From: Cereibacter sphaeroides 2.4.1
GTDB lineage: Bacteria; Pseudomonadota; Alphaproteobacteria; Rhodobacterales; Rhodobacteraceae
Assembly (NCBI RefSeq): GCF_000012905.2
Contig: NC_007493.2
Span: 870,001 to 902,000 of the forward strand
DNA: 32,000 bases
Direction of reading: 5' to 3'
The stretch's first letter is position 1, and every line of letters begins with the position of its first letter. The notes under the pieces are model-generated. The model was not told where the DNA came from and did no database searches. It worked only from the letters and a program-made list of their open reading frames with translations. A program made the translations under genes and the position numbers. Below are positions 15,285 through 24,684 of this stretch, in pieces.

Positions 15285-15524
15285 GCAAGGCGGGGAGGGG
15301 ACCAACCTCGCGGCAGCCCCCGCGTCCTGAGGCGGCGTGTGCATGTGAGCTGGGAGGTGAAAGGGAGGTTCGGAGCCTGCGGGGCGAGAGAAGGCGGCAG
15401 TTCCCGAAAGGGGCGGCCGGGACCGGCACCGCAAGCGGGTGCGCGGCGGCCGATGAGTGGGCTGCCGATATGACCCGCAACGGGCGCCGCTTGCGCGGGC
15501 GCGGGGGGCGCGGCATGAGGGGGC

Positions 15525-15977
15525 ATGGAGTTTCGCAGTCACATGCAGGCGGCGCTTGCCGAGGCCCGCGCGGCGGGCGCGCGGGGCGAGGTGCCGGTCG
15601 GCGCCGTCGTCGTGGCGCCGGGCGGGCAGGTTGTCGCGCGGGCGGGGAACCGCTGCCGCGAACTGTCCGATCCCACGGCCCATGCCGAGATGCTGGCGAT
15701 CCGGGCGGCCTGCGCGACACTGGGCGAGCGGCTGACCGGCTGCGATCTCTATGTGACGCTCGAGCCCTGTCCGATGTGCGCGGCGGCCATCTCGGCCGCG
15801 CGGATCGCCCGGCTCTATTACGGCGCGGCCGATCCCAAGTCGGGCGGGGTGGCGCAGGGGGCGCGGGTCTTCGCGCACCCGCAGTGCCACCATGTGCCCG
15901 AGGTCTATGACGGGATCGGCGAGGCCGAGGCGGCGGCGCTCCTGCGCGGCTTCTTCTCCGCGCGGCGGCCGGGCTGA
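15525..15977 (+). CDS. tadA: tRNA adenosine(34) deaminase
   Basis: 150 aa, with the CDA zinc motifs HAEMLAI and PCPMCAAAI and with EVPVGAVVV near the N-terminus. The start could instead be the ATG at 15543. Confidence 0.9.
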   Translation: MEFRSHMQAALAEARAAGARGEVPVGAVVVAPGGQVVARAGNRCRELSDPTAHAEMLAIRAACATLGERLTGCDLYVTLEPCPMCAAAISAARIARLYYGAADPKSGGVAQGARVFAHPQCHHVPEVYDGIGEAEAAALLRGFFSARRPG

Positions 15978-15987
15978 GCCGGGGCGC

Positions 15988-16680
15988 TCAGATGTCGATC
16001 GGGACGAGCACCTGCGGCTCGATCACCTCGACGCCGGGCAGGCCCTCCTTCAGCGCCTCGGCCGACTGTTCGAGCAGCGGGAAGGTGCGGTAATGGCAGG
16101 GGATCACGGTGCGGAAGTCGAAATATTTGCGCGCTGCGAAGGCCGCCCGCTTCATGTCCATGGTGAAATGACCGCCCGCGGAGAGGATGCCCACGTCGGG
16201 GCGGTGATATTCGCCCATCCAGCCCATATCGGCCATGATGTCGGTATCGCCCGACAGGTAGATCACATGGCCCTCGCCCGCGATCATGTAGCCCGATTCG
16301 GTGCCGGTATAGATCGGGCCCGCCTCGCCCGACATGGAGGAGGAATGGGTGGCCTGCACCATGGTGACCCGGGCCCCGCCCAGCGTCACCGTGCCGCCCT
16401 TGTTGAAGCCGATCCCGTCGATCCCCTCCTTCTCCTGCAGCCAGGTCACGAGATCGTAGATGCCGACCACCGGAAGGCCCCGCTCCTTCGCGATGGCCAC
16501 AGTGTCGCCGGTATGGTCGCCATGCCCGTGGGTGATGAGGATATGGGTGGCGCCCGCCAGCGCCTCCTCGCGCCGGTCGGCGGGGAAGAGCGGGTTGCCG
16601 GTGAGCCAGGGGTCGACAAGCAGCACGGCCTGCTCGATGGCGATGCGGAAGCCGGAATGGCCGAGCCAGGTGATCTTCAT
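15988..16680 (-). CDS. UPF0173-type metal-dependent hydrolase (metallo-beta-lactamase fold)
   Basis: 230 aa, with MKITWLGHSGF at the N-terminus and the HGHGDH metal-binding motif. Confidence 0.85.
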   Translation of the reverse strand: MKITWLGHSGFRIAIEQAVLLVDPWLTGNPLFPADRREEALAGATHILITHGHGDHTGDTVAIAKERGLPVVGIYDLVTWLQEKEGIDGIGFNKGGTVTLGGARVTMVQATHSSSMSGEAGPIYTGTESGYMIAGEGHVIYLSGDTDIMADMGWMGEYHRPDVGILSAGGHFTMDMKRAAFAARKYFDFRTVIPCHYRTFPLLEQSAEALKEGLPGVEVIEPQVLVPIDI

Positions 16681-16742
16681 GGGGATATCTCCCGTAGCGG
16701 ATTCGGTTCGGCTGCAATCTAGGGCAGGGGAGGGCGAGGGAA

Positions 16743-17399
16743 ATGGAGTGGTTCGCCGCGGTCGACGGCTATTGCGAGCGCGGAGGGACAGGGCTCTGGG
16801 CCGAGCCGCTGAATGCCGCGACGAACGCGGCCTTCCTGATCGCGGCCGCCCTGCTCTGGCCGCGGGTGCGGGGCTTGGCCCGCGGCCGGGCGCTCTGCCT
16901 CTCGCTTGCGGCCATCGGGCTCGGCTCGGGGCTCTTTCACACGGCGGCGAACCGGCTGACCGGGCTTCTCGACGTGCTGCCGATCCTCGTCTTCATCCTT
17001 CTCTATCTCCATGCCGCGGCGCGCGACCTGCTGGGGATGGGCCGCGGAGCGGCGCTGCTCGCCACGGCGGCCTTCCTGCCTTACGCCGCGCTCACCGTGC
17101 CGCTTTTCGCGCGCCTGCCCGGGCTCGGCTCCTCGGCAGGCTATGCGCCGGTGCCGGTCCTCATCCTGGGCGTGGCCGCCTGGCTTGCGCCGCGGGCGCC
17201 CCCCACGGCGCGGGGGCTTGCCGGGGGCGGGGCGCTTCTCCTTCTCTCGCTCGCCTTCCGCACGCTCGACGGGCCGCTCTGCCCGGCCTTTCCGATCGGC
17301 ACGCATTTCCTGTGGCATCTCCTGAATGCGCTCCTCCTCGGCTGGATGATCGAGGTCTGGCGGCGGCACCGGCTTGCAGCCGCAGGGCGGCCTCGCTAA
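16743..17399 (+). CDS. Ceramidase-like integral membrane protein
   Basis: 218 aa with about 6-7 TM segments. The N-terminus [26 protein letters not shown] resembles bacterial alkaline ceramidase-family proteins. The function is uncertain. Confidence 0.65.
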   Translation: MEWFAAVDGYCERGGTGLWAEPLNAATNAAFLIAAALLWPRVRGLARGRALCLSLAAIGLGSGLFHTAANRLTGLLDVLPILVFILLYLHAAARDLLGMGRGAALLATAAFLPYAALTVPLFARLPGLGSSAGYAPVPVLILGVAAWLAPRAPPTARGLAGGGALLLLSLAFRTLDGPLCPAFPIGTHFLWHLLNALLLGWMIEVWRRHRLAAAGRPR

Positions 17400-17430
17400 A
17401 CGGACCCAAACGGCAAGCGGAGCGAAGGAC

Positions 17431-17718
17431 ATGTCGATCGACATCGAGACCGCGCGGCGGGTGGCGCATCTCGCGCGGATCCGCGTGGACGAGGCGGACC
17501 TGCCGGCCTTGGCCGGCGAGCTTTCGGGCATCCTCACCTTCATGGAGCAGCTGAACGAGGTGGATGTCGAGGGTATCGAGCCCATGACCTCGGTCACGCC
17601 CATGCGGCTGAAGCGGCGGCAGGACGTGGTGACCGACGGCGACATGCAGGACAAGGTGCTGTCGAACGCGCCCGACGCCCGCGAGGGCTTCTTCGCCGTG
17701 CCGAAGGTGGTGGAATGA
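17431..17718 (+). CDS. gatC: Asp/Glu-tRNA amidotransferase subunit C
   Basis: 95 aa ([21 protein letters not shown]...). It has an ATGA overlap with gatA. The start is codon 20 of track ORF 17374..17718. Confidence 0.92.
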   Translation: MSIDIETARRVAHLARIRVDEADLPALAGELSGILTFMEQLNEVDVEGIEPMTSVTPMRLKRRQDVVTDGDMQDKVLSNAPDAREGFFAVPKVVE

Positions 17719-19190
17719 ACGCGAACGAACTGACGATCGCCGACGCCCGCGACGCGCTGGCCAAGGGCGAGCTCTCGGCGGTGGACCTGACCATGGCCTG
17801 CCTCACGGCCATCGATGCGGGCACGCCGCTCAATGCCTTCGTCCATGCGACGCCCGAGATCGCGCTCGATCAGGCGCGGGCGGCGGATGCGCGCCGGGGC
17901 GCCGGGGCGGGCGCGCTGAACGGCATCCCGCTCGGGATCAAGGATCTCTTCTGCACCAGGGGCGTGGCCTCGCAGGCGGCCTCGAACATCCTCAAGGGCT
18001 TCAAGCCGGAATATGAATCGACCGTCACCTCGAAGCTGTTCGAGGCGGGGGCGGTGATGCTCGGCAAGCTCAACATGGACGAGTTCGCCATGGGCTCGTC
18101 GAACGAGACCTCCTGCTACGGCGACGCGGTCAACCCCTGGAAGGTGGACGACCGCAGGCTGACGCCCGGCGGCTCGTCGGGCGGCTCGGCCGCGGCGGTG
18201 GCGGCGGATCTCTGCCTCGCAGCCACGGGCACCGACACCGGCGGCTCGATCCGGCAGCCGGCCGCCTTCACCGGCATCGTGGGGATCAAGCCCACCTACG
18301 GGCGCGTCTCGCGCTGGGGGATCGTGGCCTTCGCCTCGTCGCTGGATCAGGCGGGGCCGATGACCAAGAGCGTGCGCGATGCGGCGATCCTGCTCGGCGC
18401 CATGGCCGGGCACGATCCGAAGGATTCGACCAGCGCCGACATTCCGGTGCCGGATTTCGAGGCGGCGCTGACGGGCGACATCCGTGGCAGGAAGATCGGC
18501 ATCCCGCGCGAATATCGCATGGAGGGCATGCCCGCCGAGATCGAGGCGCTCTGGGCTCGGGGCCGCGAGATGCTGGCCGATGCGGGCGCCGAGATCGTCG
18601 ACATCTCGCTGCCCCACACGAAATATGCGCTCCCTGCCTATTACGTCATCGCGCCGGCCGAGGCCTCGTCGAACCTCGCCCGCTACGACGGGGTGCGCTA
18701 CGGCCACCGCGCGCGGCTCGGGCAGGGCGACGGCATCGTCGACATGTACGAGAAGACCCGCGCCGAAGGCTTCGGCAAGGAGGTCCAGCGCCGGGTGATG
18801 ATCGGCACCTATGTGCTCTCGGCGGGCTTCTACGACGCCTATTACAACCGGGCGCGCAAGGTGCGGGCGCTGATCAAGCGCGACTTCGACGAGGCCTTCG
18901 CGGCCGGGGTCGATGCGATCCTGACGCCCGCCACGCCCTCCTCGGCCTTCGGGCTAGGCGAGATGGCCGATGCCGATCCGGTGGCCATGTATCTCAACGA
19001 CGTCTTCACCGTGACGGTGAACCTCGCGGGGCTGCCGGGCATCTCGGTGCCGGTGGGTCTCGACGCCAAGGGACTGCCGCTCGGGCTTCAGCTCATCGGC
19101 CGTCCGTGGGACGAGGCGGGGCTCCTCAATCACGCCCATGTGCTCGAACGGGCGGCGGGCTTTGTGGAAAAACCCCGGAAATGGTGGTAA
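17715..19190 (+). CDS. gatA: Asp/Glu-tRNA amidotransferase subunit A
   Basis: 491 aa, with the amidase signature [13 protein letters not shown] and [12 protein letters not shown]. Confidence 0.95.
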   Translation: MNANELTIADARDALAKGELSAVDLTMACLTAIDAGTPLNAFVHATPEIALDQARAADARRGAGAGALNGIPLGIKDLFCTRGVASQAASNILKGFKPEYESTVTSKLFEAGAVMLGKLNMDEFAMGSSNETSCYGDAVNPWKVDDRRLTPGGSSGGSAAAVAADLCLAATGTDTGGSIRQPAAFTGIVGIKPTYGRVSRWGIVAFASSLDQAGPMTKSVRDAAILLGAMAGHDPKDSTSADIPVPDFEAALTGDIRGRKIGIPREYRMEGMPAEIEALWARGREMLADAGAEIVDISLPHTKYALPAYYVIAPAEASSNLARYDGVRYGHRARLGQGDGIVDMYEKTRAEGFGKEVQRRVMIGTYVLSAGFYDAYYNRARKVRALIKRDFDEAFAAGVDAILTPATPSSAFGLGEMADADPVAMYLNDVFTVTVNLAGLPGISVPVGLDAKGLPLGLQLIGRPWDEAGLLNHAHVLERAAGFVEKPRKWW

Positions 19191-19225
19191 GGCCCCTCGG
19201 ATCCATGCGACACAGGACCGATACC

Positions 19226-20026
19226 ATGCGCGCTTCCGCGGCACTTCTTCTCGCCGTCGCCACCGCGGCCTGCCAGCCTGCGCCGCCGCAATCGGGCGCG
19301 GGCTTCGAGGATTATTCGAGCTACCTGCACCGCCGGGAAGCGGAGCTGATGGGGCAGGGCCGCTCCACGACCATGCCGCTGCCCGACGGGCCGGCGGGTG
19401 CGGCCGCGCAGCCCGGCTTCTCGACCGAAGCCATCGGCTCGGCGATCGACGCGGCCGACGGCGGTGCGGGCTACGGCGGGCAAGGGTCCACCGTTCCGGG
19501 TCAGGCGGCTCCGGGCGCGCTGATCGGCGGCACGACGAGCTACACGACCGGCGAGGCGGGCCTGCCCGCCAACCGGCCGCGCGGCAACGCACCGGTGGGG
19601 ATTCGCGAGGAATCGGGCGAGATGGCGGGCGTGGGCAGCCATACCGGCATTTCGGACGAGAACGACTTCAGCGCGGTGTCCGAGCGCCGGAGCCGGGAGG
19701 ACGATGCGCAGCTCATGGCGCAGAACCGCGCCAACTACACGGTGATCGCGCCCCAGCCGGTGCCGCAGCGCACCCAGTCCGACGGACCGAACATCGTCCA
19801 GTTCGCGCTCTCGACCAATCATGCGCCGGGAACGCAGATGTACAAGCGCTCCTCGCTGCGCCTGACGGATCCGGGCGCGGCCTGCGCGAAATTCGCCTCG
19901 CCCGATCTGGCGCAGCAGGCCTTCCTCGCCTCGGGCGGCCCCGAGCGCGACCGCAAGGGCCTCGATCCGGACGGCGACGGCTTCGCCTGCGGCTGGGACC
20001 CCCGGCCGTTCCGCGCTGTCCGCTGA
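19226..20026 (+). CDS. Lipoprotein with C-terminal Excalibur calcium-binding domain
   Basis: It has a signal peptide and lipobox MRASAALLLAVATAAC, a low-complexity middle section, and the C-terminal motif DPDGDGFACG. An alternative in-frame ATG is at 19205. Confidence 0.75.
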   Translation: MRASAALLLAVATAACQPAPPQSGAGFEDYSSYLHRREAELMGQGRSTTMPLPDGPAGAAAQPGFSTEAIGSAIDAADGGAGYGGQGSTVPGQAAPGALIGGTTSYTTGEAGLPANRPRGNAPVGIREESGEMAGVGSHTGISDENDFSAVSERRSREDDAQLMAQNRANYTVIAPQPVPQRTQSDGPNIVQFALSTNHAPGTQMYKRSSLRLTDPGAACAKFASPDLAQQAFLASGGPERDRKGLDPDGDGFACGWDPRPFRAVR

Positions 20027-20029
20027 GGC

Positions 20030-20701
20030 GTGAGCCTCTCGCCCAATTGCGGGCCGCGGCGCGAGGGTGCGCGGCCCGATCTCGTGGTGATCCATTACAC
20101 GGCCATGGCCAGCGCCGAGGCCGCCCGCGTCCGGCTCTGCGATCCGGCGGCGGAAGTCTCCGCCCACTGGCTGGTCCCGGAGCGGGGTGAGCCGCTGGCC
20201 CTGGTGCCGGAGGAGCTGCGCGCCTGGCACGCGGGGGCGGGGTCCTGGGGAGGCGTGACGGATGTCAACTCGCGCTCGATCGGGATCGAGCTCGCCAATC
20301 CCGGCGACAGGCCCTTTTCCGAGCCGCAGATGGCGGCGCTGGAGCGGCTGCTGGCGGGGATCCTCGCACGGTGGCGGATCCCGCCCGCGCGGGTGATCGG
20401 CCATTCCGACATGGCGCCGGAGCGGAAATGCGATCCGGGACCGCGCTTCGACTGGCGCCGTCTGGCCCGCGGCGGGCTCTCGGTCTGGCCCTCGGACGGC
20501 TGTCCGCCTGCGGAGGCGGAGACCTTTGCCGCTTCGGCCCGCGCCTTCGGCTATCCCGCCGTGGAGGCGGAGCTTCTGCTCGCGGCGGTCCGCCTGCGGT
20601 TCCGGCCCTGGGCGCGGGGGCCGCTCACGGGCGAGGACGCGGGGGTGATGGCCGATCTTGCGGCGCGCTATCCGGTTGACGGAGAGACGTCCCAAGCGTA
20701 A
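20030..20701 (+). CDS. N-acetylmuramoyl-L-alanine amidase (AmpD/amidase_2 family) with a C-terminal PG-binding-like region
   Basis: 223 aa with a GTG start. Motifs VVIHYTA, AWHAG and SIGIELAN are typical of amidase_2. Confidence 0.85.
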   Translation: MSLSPNCGPRREGARPDLVVIHYTAMASAEAARVRLCDPAAEVSAHWLVPERGEPLALVPEELRAWHAGAGSWGGVTDVNSRSIGIELANPGDRPFSEPQMAALERLLAGILARWRIPPARVIGHSDMAPERKCDPGPRFDWRRLARGGLSVWPSDGCPPAEAETFAASARAFGYPAVEAELLLAAVRLRFRPWARGPLTGEDAGVMADLAARYPVDGETSQA

Positions 20702-20704
20702 GCC
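20676..20704 (+). promoter_or_regulatory. Candidate rnpB promoter inside the 3' end of the amidase gene
   Basis: TTGACG (20676-20681), a 17-nt spacer, then TAAGCC (20699-20704). This places a start about 7 nt downstream, at the 5' strand of the predicted P1 helix (20711). The -10 is weak. Confidence 0.3.
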
Positions 20705-20707
20705 ACC

Positions 20708-21112
20708 GCCGTGCGGGTGGCCGGATGACCGCGAGCCTTCGGGCGCGAGGAAAGTCCGGACTCCATGGGACAAGGGTGCCGGGTAACGCCCGGCCGGGGC
20801 AACCCGAGGGAAAGCGCCACAGAGAACAGACCGCCCCACCGGCCTTCGGGCCCGGGGCAAGGGTGAAACGGTGGGGTAAGAGCCCACCGCGGGACTGGCA
20901 ACAGGACCGGCATGGCAAGCCCCACCCGGAGCAATGCCGAATAGGGGTTCCGCGCGGGCCTGATCCTTCCGGGGATATCGCCGCAGGGACGTCTCAGCCC
21001 GAGGAACCCGGGTTGGCAGCTCGATCCCGTCGGCAACGGCGGGGCCAGAGGAATGGTCATCGAAGGGGGCAACCCCGGAACAGAATCCGGCTTACAGGCT
21101 GCCCGCACAACT
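20708..21112 (+). ncRNA. rnpB: RNase P RNA, bacterial type A
   Basis: Universally conserved blocks GAGGAAAGTCCGGACTCC, GGGTGAAACGGTGGGGTAAGAGCCCACCG and ACAGAATCCGGCTTACAG are present. The P1 helix GTGCGGGTGGCC (20711-20722) pairs with GGCTGCCCGCAC (21097-21108), including two G-U pairs. The ends are approximate (+/-5 nt). Confidence 0.93.
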
Positions 21113-21126
21113 GATCCCGGCCGAGG

Positions 21127-21180
21127 CCGGGGGCTTCGCGCCCCCGGACCCCCGCGGGATATTTGGGCCAGCGTGAAAGA
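21127..21180 (+). repeat. Dispersed element copy 3
   Basis: Stem CCGGGGG, loop cttcgcg, stem CCCCCGG, then ACCCCCGCGGGATATTTGGGCCAGCGTGAAAGA. It lies immediately 3' of rnpB and ends 8 nt before the PaaK-like stop codon on the other strand. Confidence 0.8.
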
Positions 21181-21188
21181 CGGGCGCC

Positions 21189-22403
21189 TCAGCCGTAGGT
21201 GCGCCGGTCCTCGATCACCTTGCCGTCGTTGGGCAGGGTGCCGGGCGTCACGATCTCGATCCGGCCACGCAGCTTCAGCGCGGCCAGCACCGAGGCCTCG
21301 TAGACGGCCGGATTGGTGGCGCGGCTTTCGATCTGGACCGTCATCGCATCCATCTCGCCCTCGCGGGTGGCGATGACTCGGGCGCGGCTGACCTCGGAGT
21401 GGCGGGCGACGAGATCGGCCACCTGTTCGGGGCGCACGAACATGCCCTTGATCTTGGTGGTCTGGTCGGCGCGCCCCATCCAGCCGCGGATGCGCCGGTT
21501 GGTGCGGCCGCAGGGGCTCTGGCCCGGCATCAGGGCGGAGAGGTCGCCCGTGGCGAAGCGGACGAGGGGATAGTCGCGGTTGAGCGTGGTGACCACCACC
21601 TCGCCCACCTCGCCTTCGGGCACCGGATCGCCGGTGCCGGGGCGCACGATCTCGACCAGCACGCCTTCGTCGAGGATCATCCCCTCCATCGCCTCGCTCT
21701 CGTAGGCGATGTTGCCGAGATCGGCCGTGGCATAGCATTGCAGGCAGAGGATGCCGCGATCGGCATAGTCCTTGCGCAGCGAGGGAAAGAGGGCGCCGCC
21801 GCCCACCGCGGCGCGGACGATGCCCAGCCGCTCGCCCATCTCCTCGGCGCGGTCGAGGATCACCTTGAGATAATCGGGCGTGCCGGCATAGGCGGTGCTG
21901 CCCACATCCGCCGCGGCGCGGACCTGCAGGTCGGTCTGGCCGGTGCCCGCGGGCAGGACGCGGGCGCCCACGGCGCGGGCGCCGGATTCGAAGATCATGC
22001 CGGCAGGCGTCAAGTGGTAGCCGAAGCAGTTCTGCACGATGTCGGCCGGGCCCACGCCGCAGGCATGGAGGAAGCGGCCCATCCGCCACCAGTCGGGCGT
22101 CGTGCGGCCGATCTCGTAGATCGGCCCCGGCGACTGGAAGATATGCTCGAAGGCGCCGCCCTCGGGGAGGAAGCCGCCGAGCGGGGGATGCGTCTTCTGC
22201 GCGGCGACGAGGTCGGCCTTGCGGATCACCGGCAGAGAGGCCAGCGCCTCGATCGTGGTGATGGACGCGGGATCCACGCCTGCGAGGCTCCGGCCCAGTG
22301 CGGGCGTCGTCTTCGCATGGGCGATGAGCCGCGGCAGGCTCCGGGCAAGGTCCGCCGCGCGCGCGTCGGCGGAGCGGGTCTCGAGATCGTCGTAATGGGT
22401 CAT
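21189..22403 (-). CDS. Phenylacetate-CoA ligase-family (PaaK / F390 synthetase-like) adenylate-forming enzyme
   Basis: 404 aa starting MTHYDDLETRS, which is codon 367 of track ORF 21189..23501. It has PaaK-like features (GTPDYL, RFATGDL, TTKIKGMFVRPEQV). It is the last gene of the ABC cluster. Confidence 0.85.
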   Translation of the reverse strand: MTHYDDLETRSADARAADLARSLPRLIAHAKTTPALGRSLAGVDPASITTIEALASLPVIRKADLVAAQKTHPPLGGFLPEGGAFEHIFQSPGPIYEIGRTTPDWWRMGRFLHACGVGPADIVQNCFGYHLTPAGMIFESGARAVGARVLPAGTGQTDLQVRAAADVGSTAYAGTPDYLKVILDRAEEMGERLGIVRAAVGGGALFPSLRKDYADRGILCLQCYATADLGNIAYESEAMEGMILDEGVLVEIVRPGTGDPVPEGEVGEVVVTTLNRDYPLVRFATGDLSALMPGQSPCGRTNRRIRGWMGRADQTTKIKGMFVRPEQVADLVARHSEVSRARVIATREGEMDAMTVQIESRATNPAVYEASVLAALKLRGRIEIVTPGTLPNDGKVIEDRRTYG

Positions 22404-22417
22404 CCGTCTCTCTCCCC

Positions 22418-23254
22418 TCATGCCAGCCACCGCTTGCGCCGCCGGTAGGAGCGGACGTCGCGGAACGACTTGCGGCCCTTGTCGGACATGCCGAGGTAGA
22501 ATTCCTTGACGTCGGGGTTCTCGCGCAGCTCCTGCGCCGTGCCCTCCATCACCACCCGGCCGCTCTCGAGGATATAGCCGGTGTGGGCGTAGCGCAGCGC
22601 CACGTTGGTGTTCTGCTCGGCCAGCAGGAAGGTCACGCCCTCGCCCTCGTTCACCGCGCGCACGATTTCGAATATCTGTTCGACAAGCTGCGGCGCGAGG
22701 CCCATCGAGGGTTCGTCGAGCAGGATCATCTCGGGCCGGCTCATCAAGGCGCGGCCCATGGCGACCATCTGCTGCTCGCCGCCCGAGGTGTAGCCCGCCT
22801 GACTTTTCCGCCGTTCGCGCAGGCGCGGGAAGTAGGTATAGACCATCTCGAGATCCTCCATCACCGCCGCGCGCCCGTCCTTGCGGGTATAGGCGCCGGT
22901 GAGAAGATTCTCCTCCACGGTCAGATGCTCGAAACAGTGCCGGCCCTCCATCACCTGGATCACGCCGCGGCGGACGAGCGTCGCGGGGTCGAGATCCTGC
23001 ACCCGCTCGCCGCGGTAAAGGATCGCGCCCTTCGTGACCTCGCCCCGCTCGGAGCGGAGCAGGTTGGAAATCGCTTTCAGCGTGGTGGTCTTGCCCGCGC
23101 CGTTGCCGCCGAGGAGGGCTGTGACGCCGCCCTTCGGGACCTGCAGGCTCACCCCCTTCAGGACGAGGATGACATGGTTGTAGATCACCTCGATGTTGTT
23201 GACCTCGAGCAGGGTATCGGTCCGGGGGGAGGGGCGGTCGTCGAACATGGGCAT
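22418..23254 (-). CDS. ABC transporter ATP-binding protein, LivF-like
   Basis: Walker A GGNGAGKTT, signature SGGEQQM and Walker B ILLDEPSMGLAP, plus a basic C-terminal tail RSYRRRKRWLA. The start is ATG 23254, or 23248 (MPMFDD). Confidence 0.9.
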   Translation of the reverse strand: MPMFDDRPSPRTDTLLEVNNIEVIYNHVILVLKGVSLQVPKGGVTALLGGNGAGKTTTLKAISNLLRSERGEVTKGAILYRGERVQDLDPATLVRRGVIQVMEGRHCFEHLTVEENLLTGAYTRKDGRAAVMEDLEMVYTYFPRLRERRKSQAGYTSGGEQQMVAMGRALMSRPEMILLDEPSMGLAPQLVEQIFEIVRAVNEGEGVTFLLAEQNTNVALRYAHTGYILESGRVVMEGTAQELRENPDVKEFYLGMSDKGRKSFRDVRSYRRRKRWLA

Positions 23255-23334
23255 GGCCTCGGCAGGGGAGGGAGGGCCCGCAGCGGGCCCGCCGGGAGCG
23301 GATGCGGCCGGCCCCGGAGGGCCGGCGCGCCGGA

Positions 23335-24624
23335 TCAGTTGCAGCGCTCGGAGAGGCCGGCTTCCTTGGCGTAAGCCGCGGAATCCTCGGCCACGAGCGG
23401 GTCGAGCACCGCATCGTCGGGGGCGATCCAGTCGGTGACGAGCGTCCAGCGCTTGGCGCTCGCATCCCATTGCTGGATGCGCGCCATGCCCGGGCCGCCA
23501 TGGTCGGCGCAGGTGGCCTTGAAGGGCTGGCCGAAGTCGGGCAGGCCCAGCTCCTTCATGCGCGCCTCGGTGATCTCGAGCGCCTCGAAGCCGTCACGCA
23601 CCTGGGCCGCGTTCACGGCCGGGGTGCCGGCCAGCTCCTGTGCCTTGCGGATCGCCTCGGCGATGACCATGGCCGCATACATGCCGCGGGAGTAGATCAC
23701 GGTGCCCACGTTCGAGCCGTCGCCCGCCGCCTTGCCCGCGTCGACGACATACTGCTTCAGGTCGGCATAGACCGGATAGTCGGACCCCACACCGTGCATG
23801 GTCAGCGACTTGTAGCCGTTCGCGCCGGCGCCCGCGGGGGCCACGTCATTCTCGGAGCCCGACCACCAGATGCCGATGAAATTCTCCATCGGGAAGCGGA
23901 TGTTCGCGGCCTCCTGGATCGCGACCGAGTTCATCACGCCCCAGCCCCAGAACAGGACGTAATCCGGCTTCTCGCGCCGGACCTGGAGCCACTGGCTCTT
24001 CTGCTCCTGGCCGGGGCTGTCGATGGGGAGGGTCGAGAGGGTGAAGCCGTGTTTCTTCGACAGTTCCTCGAGCGTGCGGATCGGCTCCTTGCCGTAGGCG
24101 GAGTTGTGATAGAGCAGCGCGATCTTCTTGCCCTCGAGACTGCCGCCGTTCTGGTCGAGCAGATACTTGACCGCGACGGAAGCGCCGTCCCAGTAGTTGG
24201 CCGGGTAGTTGAACACCCATTCGAAAACGCGGCCGTTGGCGGCCGAGGTCCGCCCGTAGCCCGGCGTGTAGAGGGTGATCCCGTCCGCCTGCATCTTCGG
24301 GATGAGCTGGTAGGTGATGCCGGTCGAGAGCGGGTTGTAGACGAGCGCCCCCTGGCCCTTGGTGGCCTCGTAGCACTCGACGCCCTTCTCGGTGTTGTAG
24401 GCCGTTTCGCATTCCGGGGTCTTGACGATCTCGCCGCCGATGCCGCCGTCACGCTCGTTCAGCAGCGTGAAGTAATCCTGAAAGCCGTCGGCATAGGGGA
24501 TGCCGCCCGCGGCGAAGGGGCCGGTGCGGTAGCTGAGGTTCGGCACGACGAGATCCGCCTGCGCCGCGCCCGCCGTCGCGGCGGCGAGCGCCGTCGCGGC
24601 GAGCAGGGTGAAACTCTTTCTCAT
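23335..24624 (-). CDS. ABC transporter periplasmic substrate-binding protein (Leu/Ile/Val-binding-protein superfamily)
   Basis: 429 aa with signal peptide MRKSFTLLAATALAAATAGAAQA. The ATG at 24624 is preceded by GGGAGGAG with a 5-nt spacer. Confidence 0.9.
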   Translation of the reverse strand: MRKSFTLLAATALAAATAGAAQADLVVPNLSYRTGPFAAGGIPYADGFQDYFTLLNERDGGIGGEIVKTPECETAYNTEKGVECYEATKGQGALVYNPLSTGITYQLIPKMQADGITLYTPGYGRTSAANGRVFEWVFNYPANYWDGASVAVKYLLDQNGGSLEGKKIALLYHNSAYGKEPIRTLEELSKKHGFTLSTLPIDSPGQEQKSQWLQVRREKPDYVLFWGWGVMNSVAIQEAANIRFPMENFIGIWWSGSENDVAPAGAGANGYKSLTMHGVGSDYPVYADLKQYVVDAGKAAGDGSNVGTVIYSRGMYAAMVIAEAIRKAQELAGTPAVNAAQVRDGFEALEITEARMKELGLPDFGQPFKATCADHGGPGMARIQQWDASAKRWTLVTDWIAPDDAVLDPLVAEDSAAYAKEAGLSERCN

Positions 24625-24684
24625 GGACACTCCTCCCGTTGGTCCTTTGCCGGTTGTCCCGGCCTTCGTCCGGCCGCCCCCGCG

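Noticed and set aside
13513-15473. Several 300-600-aa ORFs (13513..14553, 13586..14581 and 13656..15473 on +; 13562..14461 on -) over the rluB tail
   Set aside because: All are alternative frames of the repeat-rich, G+C-extreme rluB 3' half. Only the frame continuous with the S4 and pseudouridine-synthase motifs is credible.
13665-15893. 742-aa version of rluB, and similarly the 744-aa version of the FadD-like gene (28017..30251)
   Set aside because: The N-terminal extensions are Arg/Pro-rich and lack an RBS. For rluB the extension runs antisense through tadA. Internal ATGs with good SD sequences (15191 and 29978) give proteins that start where homologues start.
19130-22089. ORFs 19130..20887 (-), 20668..22089 (-) and 20725..21114 (+) crossing the rnpB region
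   Set aside because: They overlap the RNase P RNA, which matches the universally conserved blocks, and also overlap the lipoprotein, amidase and PaaK-like genes out of frame or on the opposite strand. Their translations are low-complexity.
21189-23501. 770-aa ORF read as a single fusion protein
   Set aside because: Only the last 404 codons (from MTHYDDLE at 22403) are PaaK-like. The upstream 366 codons are an out-of-frame read across the LivF-like gene, which has its own intact ABC ATPase motifs.
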